Assembly (NCBI GenBank): GCA_041288095.1
Contig: JBGGMJ010000103.1
Location: 1-39,877 of the forward strand
Direction: 5' to 3'
Origin: Myxococcota bacterium
GTDB lineage: Bacteria; Myxococcota; XYA12-FULL-58-9; JALHOP01
DNA: 39,877 bases
The notes below the pieces were generated by a model, which saw only the letters and a list, made by a program, of their open reading frames with translations, did not search any database and was not told the DNA's origin. Every line of letters begins with the position of its first letter. Position 1 is the first letter of the stretch. Both the position numbers and the translations under genes were made by a program. This document shows, piece after piece, positions 19,463 to 31,429 of this stretch.

Positions 19463-20902
19463 TCAGCTCTCCGCTTTGGCGTCCAGCTCCGCGCGCTTGG
19501 CGCGTGCCTTGTCCTCACCCTCCGAGATCGCCTCGTCGAAGAGCTCTTCGGAGTTGGCAAGCCGGCGGCGGCGACGCGCGTCCTGATACTCGAAGGCGAG
19601 GAAGGCTTTCGCGTGCTCCCCGAGACGACGCGTCGTGCTCGGTTGCAGGTTCGCGAAGAGGCAATTACCGACGGCCTGCGCGAGGTACGGCTCTTCGAAG
19701 CGACGTGGGTCGTCGAGCGATTTCGGACCTAGCTCGGCGACGACACCAGCAACCCAACGATTGAGGGACTCATAGATCGCCTCGACGCTGCCCGCGCTCT
19801 TGCAGCGCTGCGCCAGGACGTCGGCGATCAAGGTCTTCAGGCTGTCGCGCATTTCGGGCGTTGCCAGAACCGCGTCGCGGATGGGGTAGACCTTCGAGCC
19901 CTTTTGGGTGTGCGTGCCGTTGAGGTAGCCGGCGTTGTCGAAGCGCAGCAGGTAGTGCTTCTGGTAGCCGACGAAACAAGGCTCGAGCTCGATGTACATG
20001 GCGTGCGTGAAGGTGTTCACGGGGACGAGCTGGTGTGTGAGCTCGCTGTTGCCGTCGGCGAGCGCGGCGTCGATCTTGCGCAGGATGACCTCGGCTTCGT
20101 TCTCGAGAGCAGCTCGCATGAGCGGACCGTCGGCCTTCTGCGTGATGACGTAGACCCGACGCTCGATGTGCAGCGCTTCGGTGGTGACGGCGATCTCGCG
20201 GGTCAGGGCCTCACACAAGTCGGCGTTATCTGCCCCGTGCGCCGCGACCATGCCGACGAGCGACCGGATGCGCATCTCGAGCGCCCACTCCGGGTTCCAG
20301 CCTTCGGCGCGGTAGATGCCTGGCACGTCGTCGGCGTCCTTCAAGTGCGCGCAATACAGGGAGAGTTGATCGGCCTTGTTGAGCATCCGCTCATTGCCGC
20401 CGCTGATCGAGAGAGCGACGCGATCGAGGTCCGCATCGGTCGCGCCCGCGATGATGGGCGCGATCTTCTCGCGCACCCAGGCGAGGCTCACGCGCTTGGG
20501 ATCGATCAGCGCTTCGCGCAGCTTCGGGGTGGTGAGGAAGGTTCGCGCGGTCTCCGGCTGACCCTTCTCGAGCGCGATGTGCACCGCTTGTAAGCCGGTC
20601 GTGGTTTGCACGTTGAGAGCCGCGCCCAGGCCCGCGTACACGGCCGCGAGCTGAGGCAAGCCGCGGCGCGCGGCATCGAGCACCGGTACGAGACCGGGAT
20701 TGCCGAGCGGGGTGGTGAAGATGCGTGCGCGTTCCTCCGCGCTCATCGGCGCGCCCAGCGCCTTGCACACTTCGACGACGTCCATCCCATGGAGGGCTTT
20801 CGGCACGTCGGGCTTGTCCGAGGAGGCCGCGTCGGTCTGGTGCGTGTCGACGAGTGACGCCGATGCGAGCTGAACACTCTGGCTGTCGCGCACCTGTGTC
20901 AT
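19463..20902 (-). CDS. Orphan protein with degenerate ankyrin repeats and a putative permuted papain-like His-Asn-Cys domain (effector-like)
   Basis: Ankyrin-like GLVPVLDAARRGLPQL...GAALNVQTTTGLQAVHIALEKGQPETARTFL; THAMYI, RFDNAG, AQAVGNC. Start placed at ATG 20902, downstream of the promoter motif. Confidence 0.6.
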   Translation of the reverse strand: MTQVRDSQSVQLASASLVDTHQTDAASSDKPDVPKALHGMDVVEVCKALGAPMSAEERARIFTTPLGNPGLVPVLDAARRGLPQLAAVYAGLGAALNVQTTTGLQAVHIALEKGQPETARTFLTTPKLREALIDPKRVSLAWVREKIAPIIAGATDADLDRVALSISGGNERMLNKADQLSLYCAHLKDADDVPGIYRAEGWNPEWALEMRIRSLVGMVAAHGADNADLCEALTREIAVTTEALHIERRVYVITQKADGPLMRAALENEAEVILRKIDAALADGNSELTHQLVPVNTFTHAMYIELEPCFVGYQKHYLLRFDNAGYLNGTHTQKGSKVYPIRDAVLATPEMRDSLKTLIADVLAQRCKSAGSVEAIYESLNRWVAGVVAELGPKSLDDPRRFEEPYLAQAVGNCLFANLQPSTTRRLGEHAKAFLAFEYQDARRRRRLANSEELFDEAISEGEDKARAKRAELDAKAES

Positions 20903-20936
20903 GCGATGCAACCTACCGTTGTCGCCGTCCTCATTC

Positions 20937-20964
20937 GTTATCGGCCGCGACAATCGCGAGTTGC
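20937..20964 (-). promoter_or_regulatory. Sigma28 (FliA)-like promoter upstream of the ankyrin/protease-like gene
   Basis: Minus strand GCAAC-N14-GCCGATAAC; the -10 is an exact GCCGATAA with canonical 15-nt spacing from the GCAA tetramer. Confidence 0.65.
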
Positions 20965-21006
20965 GACGGGGAGATCTGCCAGGCCGGCGAAAACGAGCCT
21001 GCGCAA

Positions 21007-21035
21007 GCAACATCCGACCCCGCCCAGCCGATACT
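21007..21035 (+). promoter_or_regulatory. Sigma28-like promoter upstream of the 79-aa orphan
   Basis: GCAAC-N15-GCCGATACT. Confidence 0.55.
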
Positions 21036-21084
21036 CAACTCTGATCCCGAAAATGGGGATATTGCCGCCGCCGAGGAGGGACCC

Positions 21085-21324
21085 ATGACGAGGGCCATAG
21101 CTGGTCTGCGCTTCGCGCCCGCCGAGCATATTCAGCCCGCCGAGGCATCGGCGAAGCAGCGTCTTCAGGCCGCGCAGACGGTCACCCAGATCAACCGCGA
21201 CGTATCGGTGCGTGCCACTGACCATTCGAACAAGGTCGCGCAGTGGACAGCCCGCAACGGCCGCGCCGCGATAGCAGCGCGCTCCACGCTCGCGGCCCTG
21301 ACGCAGCCGTCGAGCTACGTCTAG
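21085..21324 (+). CDS. Small orphan protein (79 aa, Ala-rich, predicted helical)
   Basis: Strong GAGGAGG RBS before ATG 21085 (MTRAIAGLRFAPAEHIQP...). Confidence 0.6.
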   Translation: MTRAIAGLRFAPAEHIQPAEASAKQRLQAAQTVTQINRDVSVRATDHSNKVAQWTARNGRAAIAARSTLAALTQPSSYV

Positions 21325-21351
21325 GCAGACGGCAGCGCCGTTCGGAATGAC

Positions 21352-21379
21352 GCAACCCGATCGCCCCGCGGTCGATACT
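21352..21379 (+). promoter_or_regulatory. Sigma28-like promoter upstream of the tandem-domain lipoprotein
   Basis: GCAAC-N14-GTCGATACT. Confidence 0.55.
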
Positions 21380-21411
21380 GAACGCGTCAACCGAATAGGT
21401 AGAGGTTTTGC

Positions 21412-22680
21412 GTGCGCATCCTTCCTGGACTCCCGAATCTCGACGCTCAGCAGGTGCGTAAAGTCGCGACCCGCGCCCTGACCGCTGGAGCGGTCGGCCT
21501 CGCCGCTGTCGGCCTCTCCGGCTGCAAGAACGAAGACCCGCTGCCCCAGAGCCGAGCCGGAACGGGTAGCTACTCGACCGATTCGATCCGGCTGCCCGTC
21601 GACCCCGGCACGCACCTCATCCTGCTGGAAGTCGACCGTCCGGTCGCGCCGACCATCGTGCAATACGCCGGCGGGCAGGGCCCGGGCATCGGCCGCGACG
21701 ACGCCCTCGTCGACGGCAATCGGATGAACCAGTCGAAAAAGTTCAACCTCACGGGCCGCATCGCGAACTACACCATCCTCGGTCGCGACGCCGTCTTGAG
21801 CCAGAACATCGCAGCCATCGGCGCGCACATCGCGGTGGAGGCGACCGATCGCAAGACGACCATGCTCGGGCCGGGGCACGTCGTCGCTCTCAAGTGCCAG
21901 GCGAACCTCGAGGTGACCTCGACGCTGCGCCAGCAAGAGGTCCTCACCACCGAGAAGCTCGAGGAGCGTAAGATCCTCGAGTTCGACTACTGCGAGATGG
22001 CGATCCCGAAGACCAACGCGACGGAAACTGACTTCAGGAACCTGATCGCCGCGGCACAGCAAACGCCAGTGGACCTCGCGAAGTACGAAAACAAAGGCAT
22101 GTTCGCGGGCTACGCGTTCCCACTGCCGAAGAGTCGCGAGGGTGCGCCAAGCTACGAGGGCTCATCGACGACCCAACGCTTGCCCGCCGACAACTCGACG
22201 CATCTGCTCTGGCTCGAGGTTGGCTCGGCGCCGGTGGTCGACGTCAAGTCGAACCGCTACTCCAACACGACGGGCACCACCTTCGGCATCAGCGGTGCCT
22301 ATACGTATGGCAGCGTCAGCACTTATTCGAGCGGCGGTGACAAGCCGAAGACGATGATCGTCGGCCGAGTCTTGGGCTACGAGACCGTCGGCGGTGTGCA
22401 GGAGCTGGTGGTGCGCCACACTTCGGTGGGAGAGCAGATCGTCATCGAAGCAACCGATCGCAAGACCTCGGCGCTCATGGCTGGCGATCGCATTCTGCTG
22501 CGCTGCAACGGCGATACCTCAGTACTTTCCGCGGTGCGCGACAACGAGACGCTGACGCCCGAGAAGCTGCAACAGCGCCGGATCGGCGAGCTCGACAACT
22601 GCGAGGTTGCAACACCGACGATCAGCGCCACCCAGGGCGACTTCGATGCCGCCGCCGGCCGCGCGCCCAACCGCTCGTAG
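21412..22680 (+). CDS. Lipoprotein with two tandem copies of an unknown ~150-aa beta domain
   Basis: AVGLAAVGLSGC lipobox after an unusually long N-region; internal duplication (next feature); GTG start with GAGG upstream. Confidence 0.75.
   Translation: MRILPGLPNLDAQQVRKVATRALTAGAVGLAAVGLSGCKNEDPLPQSRAGTGSYSTDSIRLPVDPGTHLILLEVDRPVAPTIVQYAGGQGPGIGRDDALVDGNRMNQSKKFNLTGRIANYTILGRDAVLSQNIAAIGAHIAVEATDRKTTMLGPGHVVALKCQANLEVTSTLRQQEVLTTEKLEERKILEFDYCEMAIPKTNATETDFRNLIAAAQQTPVDLAKYENKGMFAGYAFPLPKSREGAPSYEGSSTTQRLPADNSTHLLWLEVGSAPVVDVKSNRYSNTTGTTFGISGAYTYGSVSTYSSGGDKPKTMIVGRVLGYETVGGVQELVVRHTSVGEQIVIEATDRKTSALMAGDRILLRCNGDTSVLSAVRDNETLTPEKLQQRRIGELDNCEVATPTISATQGDFDAAAGRAPNRS
21589..22644 (+). repeat. 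Intragenic domain duplication (21589-22035 and 22177-22644)
   Basis: RLPVDPGTHLILLEV / RLPADNSTHLLWLEV; IAVEATDRKT / IVIEATDRKT; LKC / LRC; EVLTTEKL / ETLTPEKL; EFDYCEMA / ELDNCEVA; ATETDF / ATQGDF. Confidence 0.9.
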
Positions 22681-22725
22681 CGCGCACGCTTGCTTCTCGC
22701 GGTGACCATCGCTACGCCTAGCGCG

Positions 22726-23013
22726 ATGGTCGTCGGAGTCATGGAGCTCGCGCTCGCGCTGTACGACAACGAGTCGCTCAAGGACAAACGCTCGGTCGTG
22801 AAGCGGGTGATCGGGCGCGTGCGCCAGACGTTCAACGTCTCGGCGGCCGAAGTGGACGATCTCGACTTCAGTGATCGTGCGACCATCGGCATCGTCGCCG
22901 TCGGCAATGACCGGCGCTACATCATGGGCATGCTCGACAAGATCGAGGGGTTCGTCGATCGGATGGCGATCGCTGACATCCTCGACGCGACCAAGACGCT
23001 CGAGAACTACTGA
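22726..23013 (+). CDS. ylxP: DUF503 (YlxP-like) protein
   Basis: MVVGVMEL...SLKDKRSVVK...FNVSAAEVDDLD...IGIVAVGN matches the DUF503 signature. Confidence 0.9.
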   Translation: MVVGVMELALALYDNESLKDKRSVVKRVIGRVRQTFNVSAAEVDDLDFSDRATIGIVAVGNDRRYIMGMLDKIEGFVDRMAIADILDATKTLENY

Positions 23014-23014
23014 C

Positions 23015-26578
<3,564 letters not shown>

Positions 26579-26794
26579 GGAATTCTTACTGCCCTTCGCA
26601 TTGCTCGCGTGCGTCGCGAACGCCGTATGTGGCCTACTGGCGGAAGAGACGTGGCGGCTCGCCGTCTTTCTGACCCCGTGACAGCTCAGAAGACTAACCA
26701 GCGCGTGGTTTTGCCTCCCCAAACTGACGGCCCGTCACCTCACCAGGGAGCGCGGGCGCCGCCTTCATGTCGTTGATCGCACTACGTTTTTGCC

Positions 26795-26810
26795 TGGCGC
26801 GAATGTTGCG
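26795..26810 (+). promoter_or_regulatory. Putative sigma54 -24/-12 promoter of the DUF1592-DUF1552 operon
   Basis: TGGCGCGAATGTTGCG (GG-N10-GC, near consensus), 17 nt before ATG 26828. Confidence 0.7.
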
Positions 26811-26827
26811 AACCCTGGCGCTCCCGT

Positions 26828-28399
26828 ATGCGTCACGCCTGGCTCATGAGTGCAGTGGTCCTTCTCGCGACCAGCTGTGTCGGCACCATCGACGACACGC
26901 TGCCGCTCATTCCGCAGCAGTGCCGCTCGACCGCGAGTCTCTTGCCGCGGCTCGGCGTCCGCCGGCTGACGCGGGTCGAGTACCGCAATAGCGTACACGA
27001 CGTACTTGACGTCGAGCCTCCGGAGCTCACGGCGCTGCCGGAAGACGGCGAGCTTGCATCGTTCACGACGACCATCGGACAGACTCTCAACGCGTCGGCG
27101 GTCGCCAAGTATCTCGATGCCGCCGAGGCCGTGGCGGCGCGCGTGATGGCTCGAGGACTTCCCGACGGTTGCGGTAGCGACGAGAGCTCCTGCGTGCGCG
27201 GCTTCATCGTCCGCACAGGGGAGCGCTTGGCCAGGCGGCCGCTCACCGAAGACGAGCTGAACGGCTACGTCGCTCGTTTCGACGATGTGCGCCGGGATGA
27301 CGACCTCGCGACGAGCCTCGGCGTGGTCCTTACCGCGTTACTCGTGAGCCCCGAGTTCTTGTTCGTTTCGCGCACCAATACCGGCGCCGGTGGTCCCGGG
27401 TACGCTATCGCGGCGCACCTCGCTCATGGCTTGTGGCGTACTAATCCCGACGTCGAGCTCATGCGCGCCGCGGCCGCGGGTGAGCTCGCGACCAACGAAG
27501 GCATAGCGAGGCAAGTCGACCGGCTCGCCGCCGATCCTCGCGCCACTTCGACGCTGCGCGCCTTCATCGAGCAATGGCTCGGGGTGTCCGCCATCGCCAA
27601 GATCAACGTGCAACAGACGCAGCCGGACGTCACTCCTGAGGTCGTGTCCGCCCTTGCCCAGGAGACCATGGCGTTCATCGAGGACGCGGTGGTCACGCAC
27701 CGCGACTATCGCAAGCTGTTCGTGTCCGACCGCGTGTTCCGCAATCGCGTGCTGTCGCAATATTATGGTGACGGGCTCGCGGGCGGCGAAGCGCTGCAAG
27801 CCTTCGCGGTCACGCCGTCGCAGCAGTCGTTCGGCTTGCTCTCGCAAGCGGGCGTCCTCATGGCGGCTTCGAAGAACGAAGAGACGAGCATCATCTATCG
27901 GGGCAAGTTCGTGCGCGCGCGTCTATTGTGCGGCGAGCTCGCTCTACCCCCGGAGGGTCTGCTCACCGGGTTGCCCAGCAGCAATCCCTTCAAGACGAGT
28001 CGCGAGCGCATCGAGAATCACACCGCCGGCTCGACTTGCCAGGGCTGCCACTCGCAGATGAATCCGATCGGCTACGCTTTGCTGCACTTCGACGGCAGTG
28101 GACGGTGGCAGGACACGGAACACGGCGAGCCGATCGACAGCGGCGCGACTGTCGACGGCCTTGGCACCATCGACGGCGCCTATGGTTTGTCGCAGGCGTT
28201 ATTCGACAGCGGCGAAGCATCGCAGTGCGTGGCGACCACGCTGGTCACGATGGCGCGCGCCGAGCGCTTGCGGGGTGACGATGGTTGCCTCGCCGCGGCC
28301 TTCGGCGAGCACTTCGCGACCGCCGGCTACGACATGGCGACACTGATGGCCGCCGTGGTGCGCGAGCAGGCGTACGCCATCCGAGGGAGCGCCCCATGA
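26828..28399 (+). CDS. DUF1592-type multidomain monoheme lipoprotein (DUF1587/1595/1592/1588/1585)
   Basis: Lipobox LLATSC; VRRLTRVEYRNSV, RRPLTEDE, LLVSPEFLF, GLLSQAG, RGKFVRARLLC, RERIENH...CQGCHSQMNPIG...FDGSGRW. Confidence 0.88.
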   Translation: MRHAWLMSAVVLLATSCVGTIDDTLPLIPQQCRSTASLLPRLGVRRLTRVEYRNSVHDVLDVEPPELTALPEDGELASFTTTIGQTLNASAVAKYLDAAEAVAARVMARGLPDGCGSDESSCVRGFIVRTGERLARRPLTEDELNGYVARFDDVRRDDDLATSLGVVLTALLVSPEFLFVSRTNTGAGGPGYAIAAHLAHGLWRTNPDVELMRAAAAGELATNEGIARQVDRLAADPRATSTLRAFIEQWLGVSAIAKINVQQTQPDVTPEVVSALAQETMAFIEDAVVTHRDYRKLFVSDRVFRNRVLSQYYGDGLAGGEALQAFAVTPSQQSFGLLSQAGVLMAASKNEETSIIYRGKFVRARLLCGELALPPEGLLTGLPSSNPFKTSRERIENHTAGSTCQGCHSQMNPIGYALLHFDGSGRWQDTEHGEPIDSGATVDGLGTIDGAYGLSQALFDSGEASQCVATTLVTMARAERLRGDDGCLAAAFGEHFATAGYDMATLMAAVVREQAYAIRGSAP

Positions 28400-29826
28400 A
28401 GCCTATTTCCCGCCGCGCGGTCCTACGAGGCGCGCTCGGCGGAGTGCTGGCGCTGCCGTTGCTCGAGGCGATGATGCCCCGCCGGGCGAGCGCCGCCGAG
28501 GCCGCCATTCCGCGAAGGTTCCTCGTGTGGAGCCAGCCGAACGGCACGGTGCTCGATAACTGGCGGCCAATCTCAGGCGTCAGCGAGCGCGACTTTTCAC
28601 TATCGCGGATCTTGGCGCCGTTCGAACGGCACAAGGCGGACATGCTCGTCGTCCAGAACCTCGAACAGAAGAGCTCGTACGGACATCACTACATTTCCGG
28701 GCTCACCGGCCGGCCCGCCAACGACTACGTCTATCCCAACCTCAAGGCCCAAGGGATCTCGCTCGACCAGTACATGGCGAACGCCTGGCGCGACCAAACG
28801 CCCATCCCATCGCTCGAGCTCGGTGTCACCATCGACGGCGGCCGCGACACCACGGCGTGCGTGTCGTGGGCCGGCGTCGAGCGCCCAATGCCGCCCGAGA
28901 GCAATCCTTTCGCCGTTTACGCCCGGCTCTTCGGAAACGGCGTACCCGCGCAAGACGACCCGCTCGCGGCCCGGCGGATCGCCCGACGTGCCTCGGTCAT
29001 CGACAGCGTCAAGGATCAAGTGGCGCGTCTGAACGCCAAGCTCGGGACCGACGACCGCGCCGTGCTCGACAACTACCTGGAGTCCGTGCGCGCCATCGAG
29101 CGCGAGCTGGGTGAGCTGCGGGAGCGTCAGAACGCTTGTGCGGCACCGGACATCGGCGCTGACCCAAGCACGCCAGGCCAGGAGCCGTGGTGGATGAAGA
29201 ACGACAACGCGCCAGCGGTCATGCGCCTCCAGAGCCGCCTCGCGGCCGCCGCCTTCGCCTGCGATTTGACCCGCATCGTCACCCTGACCATCTGGCCCTC
29301 GGGCGGCGGCTTTCGCTTCTACGGGTTCCTCGACGGCGTCTCGGGCAGCACCGACCTGCACGGTCACTCGCACAACGTCGAGGTCGGGAACCGTGAGCCT
29401 TTGACGCGCATCGATATCTGGCACGCGCAGCAGCTCGCGCTATTGCTCGACGACTTCAAAAGCTACCTCATGCCCGACGGCAAGACGTTGCTCCATCATG
29501 CGCTGGTCATGTCCAACAACGAGTACGGCCCGAACGGCAGCGTCGACTACCTGCCGATCCATCCGGTGCTCGGCGAGCGCGCGGCGTTGTCCCACTACAC
29601 CCGCATGATGCCCTACGTGTTCTTCGGCCAGGCAGGCGGAGAGCTCGACACCGGTCGCAACCTCGAATGCGCGCTGCCCAGTGATGACGTGTTCAGTCTC
29701 GCGGACGGCCTGGGGCAGCACCACAACCGATTGCTCGTATCGATCCTGAACGTCTTCGGATTTCCCGATACGACCTTCGGCGACCCCAGCTTCGACCAAG
29801 GGGCCCTCGATGGCTTTTACATCTAG
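28396..29826 (+). CDS. Tat-exported DUF1552 family protein
   Basis: MKPISRRAVLRG...LALPLLEAM, PNG, ISLDQ, SLELG, PESNP..VY.RLF, SVID.V, YLESVRAIE, AFACDLTRI, G.AGG; ATGA-coupled to the DUF1592 gene. Confidence 0.9.
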   Translation: MKPISRRAVLRGALGGVLALPLLEAMMPRRASAAEAAIPRRFLVWSQPNGTVLDNWRPISGVSERDFSLSRILAPFERHKADMLVVQNLEQKSSYGHHYISGLTGRPANDYVYPNLKAQGISLDQYMANAWRDQTPIPSLELGVTIDGGRDTTACVSWAGVERPMPPESNPFAVYARLFGNGVPAQDDPLAARRIARRASVIDSVKDQVARLNAKLGTDDRAVLDNYLESVRAIERELGELRERQNACAAPDIGADPSTPGQEPWWMKNDNAPAVMRLQSRLAAAAFACDLTRIVTLTIWPSGGGFRFYGFLDGVSGSTDLHGHSHNVEVGNREPLTRIDIWHAQQLALLLDDFKSYLMPDGKTLLHHALVMSNNEYGPNGSVDYLPIHPVLGERAALSHYTRMMPYVFFGQAGGELDTGRNLECALPSDDVFSLADGLGQHHNRLLVSILNVFGFPDTTFGDPSFDQGALDGFYI

Positions 29827-29857
29827 TGGCGGCCGCCTTAATATGAGGGCAACCGTC

Positions 29858-30142
29858 ATGACCGAGAACCTCGCACGCGTCACCTTGTGGATCACCGGCC
29901 AGGTCCAGGGCGTCTTCTACCGCGCCTCCGCCCTCGAAAAGGCCCAGAGCCTGAGTCTCTCGGGCTTCGTGAAGAATTTGTCCGACGGTAGTGTCGAGAT
30001 CGTTGCCGAGGGGCCACGTTACGCGCTCGAGCAGTTCGTCGATTGGGCCAAGCAGGGCCCGCCAGCCGCCGAAGTCGAAAATGTCAGCGCGCGGTGGGGC
30101 ACTTACCTCGAAGAGTTTCGCACCTTCATGATTGTCCGCTAG
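29858..30142 (+). CDS. acyP: Acylphosphatase
   Basis: GQVQGVFYR, GFVKNLSDGSVE, GPPAAEV; GAGGG RBS before ATG 29858. Confidence 0.95.
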   Translation: MTENLARVTLWITGQVQGVFYRASALEKAQSLSLSGFVKNLSDGSVEIVAEGPRYALEQFVDWAKQGPPAAEVENVSARWGTYLEEFRTFMIVR

Positions 30143-30506
30143 GGCGGACGTCGGCGTGATCGAGGCCGCTGGAGATGACGGGCAGCTGTGTGTACCGAGT
30201 GGCGGCTCGCCGCCGGAGGCCATCGTCGCGTTCGTCGGCCTGCCGTAAAGAAAGCTTGCCCTGCAGCTCGCGCAACCGCTCGTCGTAGGCTTGCTGCGCC
30301 GCGGTGTTCACCTTGCCGTCGGGGCCCGGGCGCGGCATCTCCAGGGCTTCCATCTCGGCCAGTAGGCCGGCCAGCGTCGCCAACGTGCGCTCGAGGTTTT
30401 GCGCCGCCATCTGCATCGCGTCGTTGGCGGCGTTCTCCATGCCCAGCGGTCTTTCTGGAGCGCTCGCCGCTGGCGTACCGGTACCGGTGTTGAAGATGCG
30501 GATCAT
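30126..30506 (-). CDS. Orphan helical protein (126 aa) with PGPDGKV motif; paralog of 25556-26578
   Basis: Ungapped similarity to the N-terminus of 25556-26578; 3' end overlaps acyP by 17 nt. Confidence 0.7.
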   Translation of the reverse strand: MIRIFNTGTGTPAASAPERPLGMENAANDAMQMAAQNLERTLATLAGLLAEMEALEMPRPGPDGKVNTAAQQAYDERLRELQGKLSLRQADERDDGLRRRAATRYTQLPVISSGLDHADVRPSGQS

Positions 30507-30586
30507 CCCAGAAGTACCGCCGTACGGGCGCCCGCGGTTGCCGTAGCCAGTGACGGACGGACATGTGGGTCTGCTGGGAGGACCCG

Positions 30587-31264
30587 TCAGGCCTCCACGC
30601 GCCCGAAATCAGGGGTCGGGGTCCAGACGGCGCCGTCTTCCGAGGTCGCGACGCCACGCAGGATGAGGTCGGTGGTTTCGCGCATGACCCGATTGAGCTG
30701 GTCGACCGTGCGATCGGGGTTCACCACCCAGGCCATGCAGGCGTAGTCGAGGGCGCCGAAGACCAGGTGCTTGACGATGTCGGCGTCGAGCTCGGGCCGG
30801 AAGTGGCCCTGCCGCTGGCCCATCTCGAACGTCTCGCCCCAGGTCTCGAGGTAGGTGCGCACTGCTTTCTGAGCATGCGTTTTCACGAAGGCGCTGCCGC
30901 GACGTAGCTCGACGGTGAGGAAGCGGGTGAGGGCTGGGTTCTCGTAGGCGAGGCGCACATGGAAGCGCACCATGTGGTGTACGCGGTCACGGGCGTCCGC
31001 TATGTCGGACAGGCTCTTCTTCATGAGCTCGTTGATGAACGCTACTTTGGTTTCGAGCAGCGACACCACCAGATCATCTTTGTTCTTGAAGTAGAGATAG
31101 ATGGTGCCGTCGGCTACGCCCGCGACTCGCGCGATCTCGGTGACCTTGGCTTCGTGAAAGCCCTTGTCCGCGAACACTTCGAGAGCAGCATCGAGAATGC
31201 GCTGATACTTCTCTTCCTGCTGCCTACGACCTTGCTCTGTGTCGGAGTATTTCGGCCGCGCCAT
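30587..31264 (-). CDS. TetR/AcrR family regulator, FadR(YsiA)-like
   Basis: KYQRILDAALEVFADKGFH...IARVAGVADGTIYLYFKNKDDL closely resembles the Bacillus FadR/YsiA HTH; start at ATG 31264. Confidence 0.9.
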   Translation of the reverse strand: MARPKYSDTEQGRRQQEEKYQRILDAALEVFADKGFHEAKVTEIARVAGVADGTIYLYFKNKDDLVVSLLETKVAFINELMKKSLSDIADARDRVHHMVRFHVRLAYENPALTRFLTVELRRGSAFVKTHAQKAVRTYLETWGETFEMGQRQGHFRPELDADIVKHLVFGALDYACMAWVVNPDRTVDQLNRVMRETTDLILRGVATSEDGAVWTPTPDFGRVEA

Positions 31265-31284
31265 TACTATTTCACCCACGCCGC

Positions 31285-31300
31285 GTCCGCCTAGGCGGAC
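31285..31300. promoter_or_regulatory. Perfect 16-bp palindrome upstream of the TetR gene (candidate operator or RNA hairpin)
   Basis: GTCCGCCTAGGCGGAC is its own reverse complement; lies 20 nt upstream of the ATG and downstream of a minus-strand TTGACT-N17-CGTAAT (31343-31315). Confidence 0.5.
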
Positions 31301-31429
31301 CACCACGAGTTGTAATTACGCGCTAGAAGACGACCCGAGTCAACTATGAGATACGACGGAATTGGCTTCGTGGATCTTCACCGCCACGTTTTCGCGGACA
31401 CTACGCGCGTGTGCCGAAACGGTACATCG

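Noticed and set aside
12859..22725. Calling the accessory block a mobile element or prophage
   Set aside because: No integrase, transposase, phage gene, tRNA target or terminal repeat seen.
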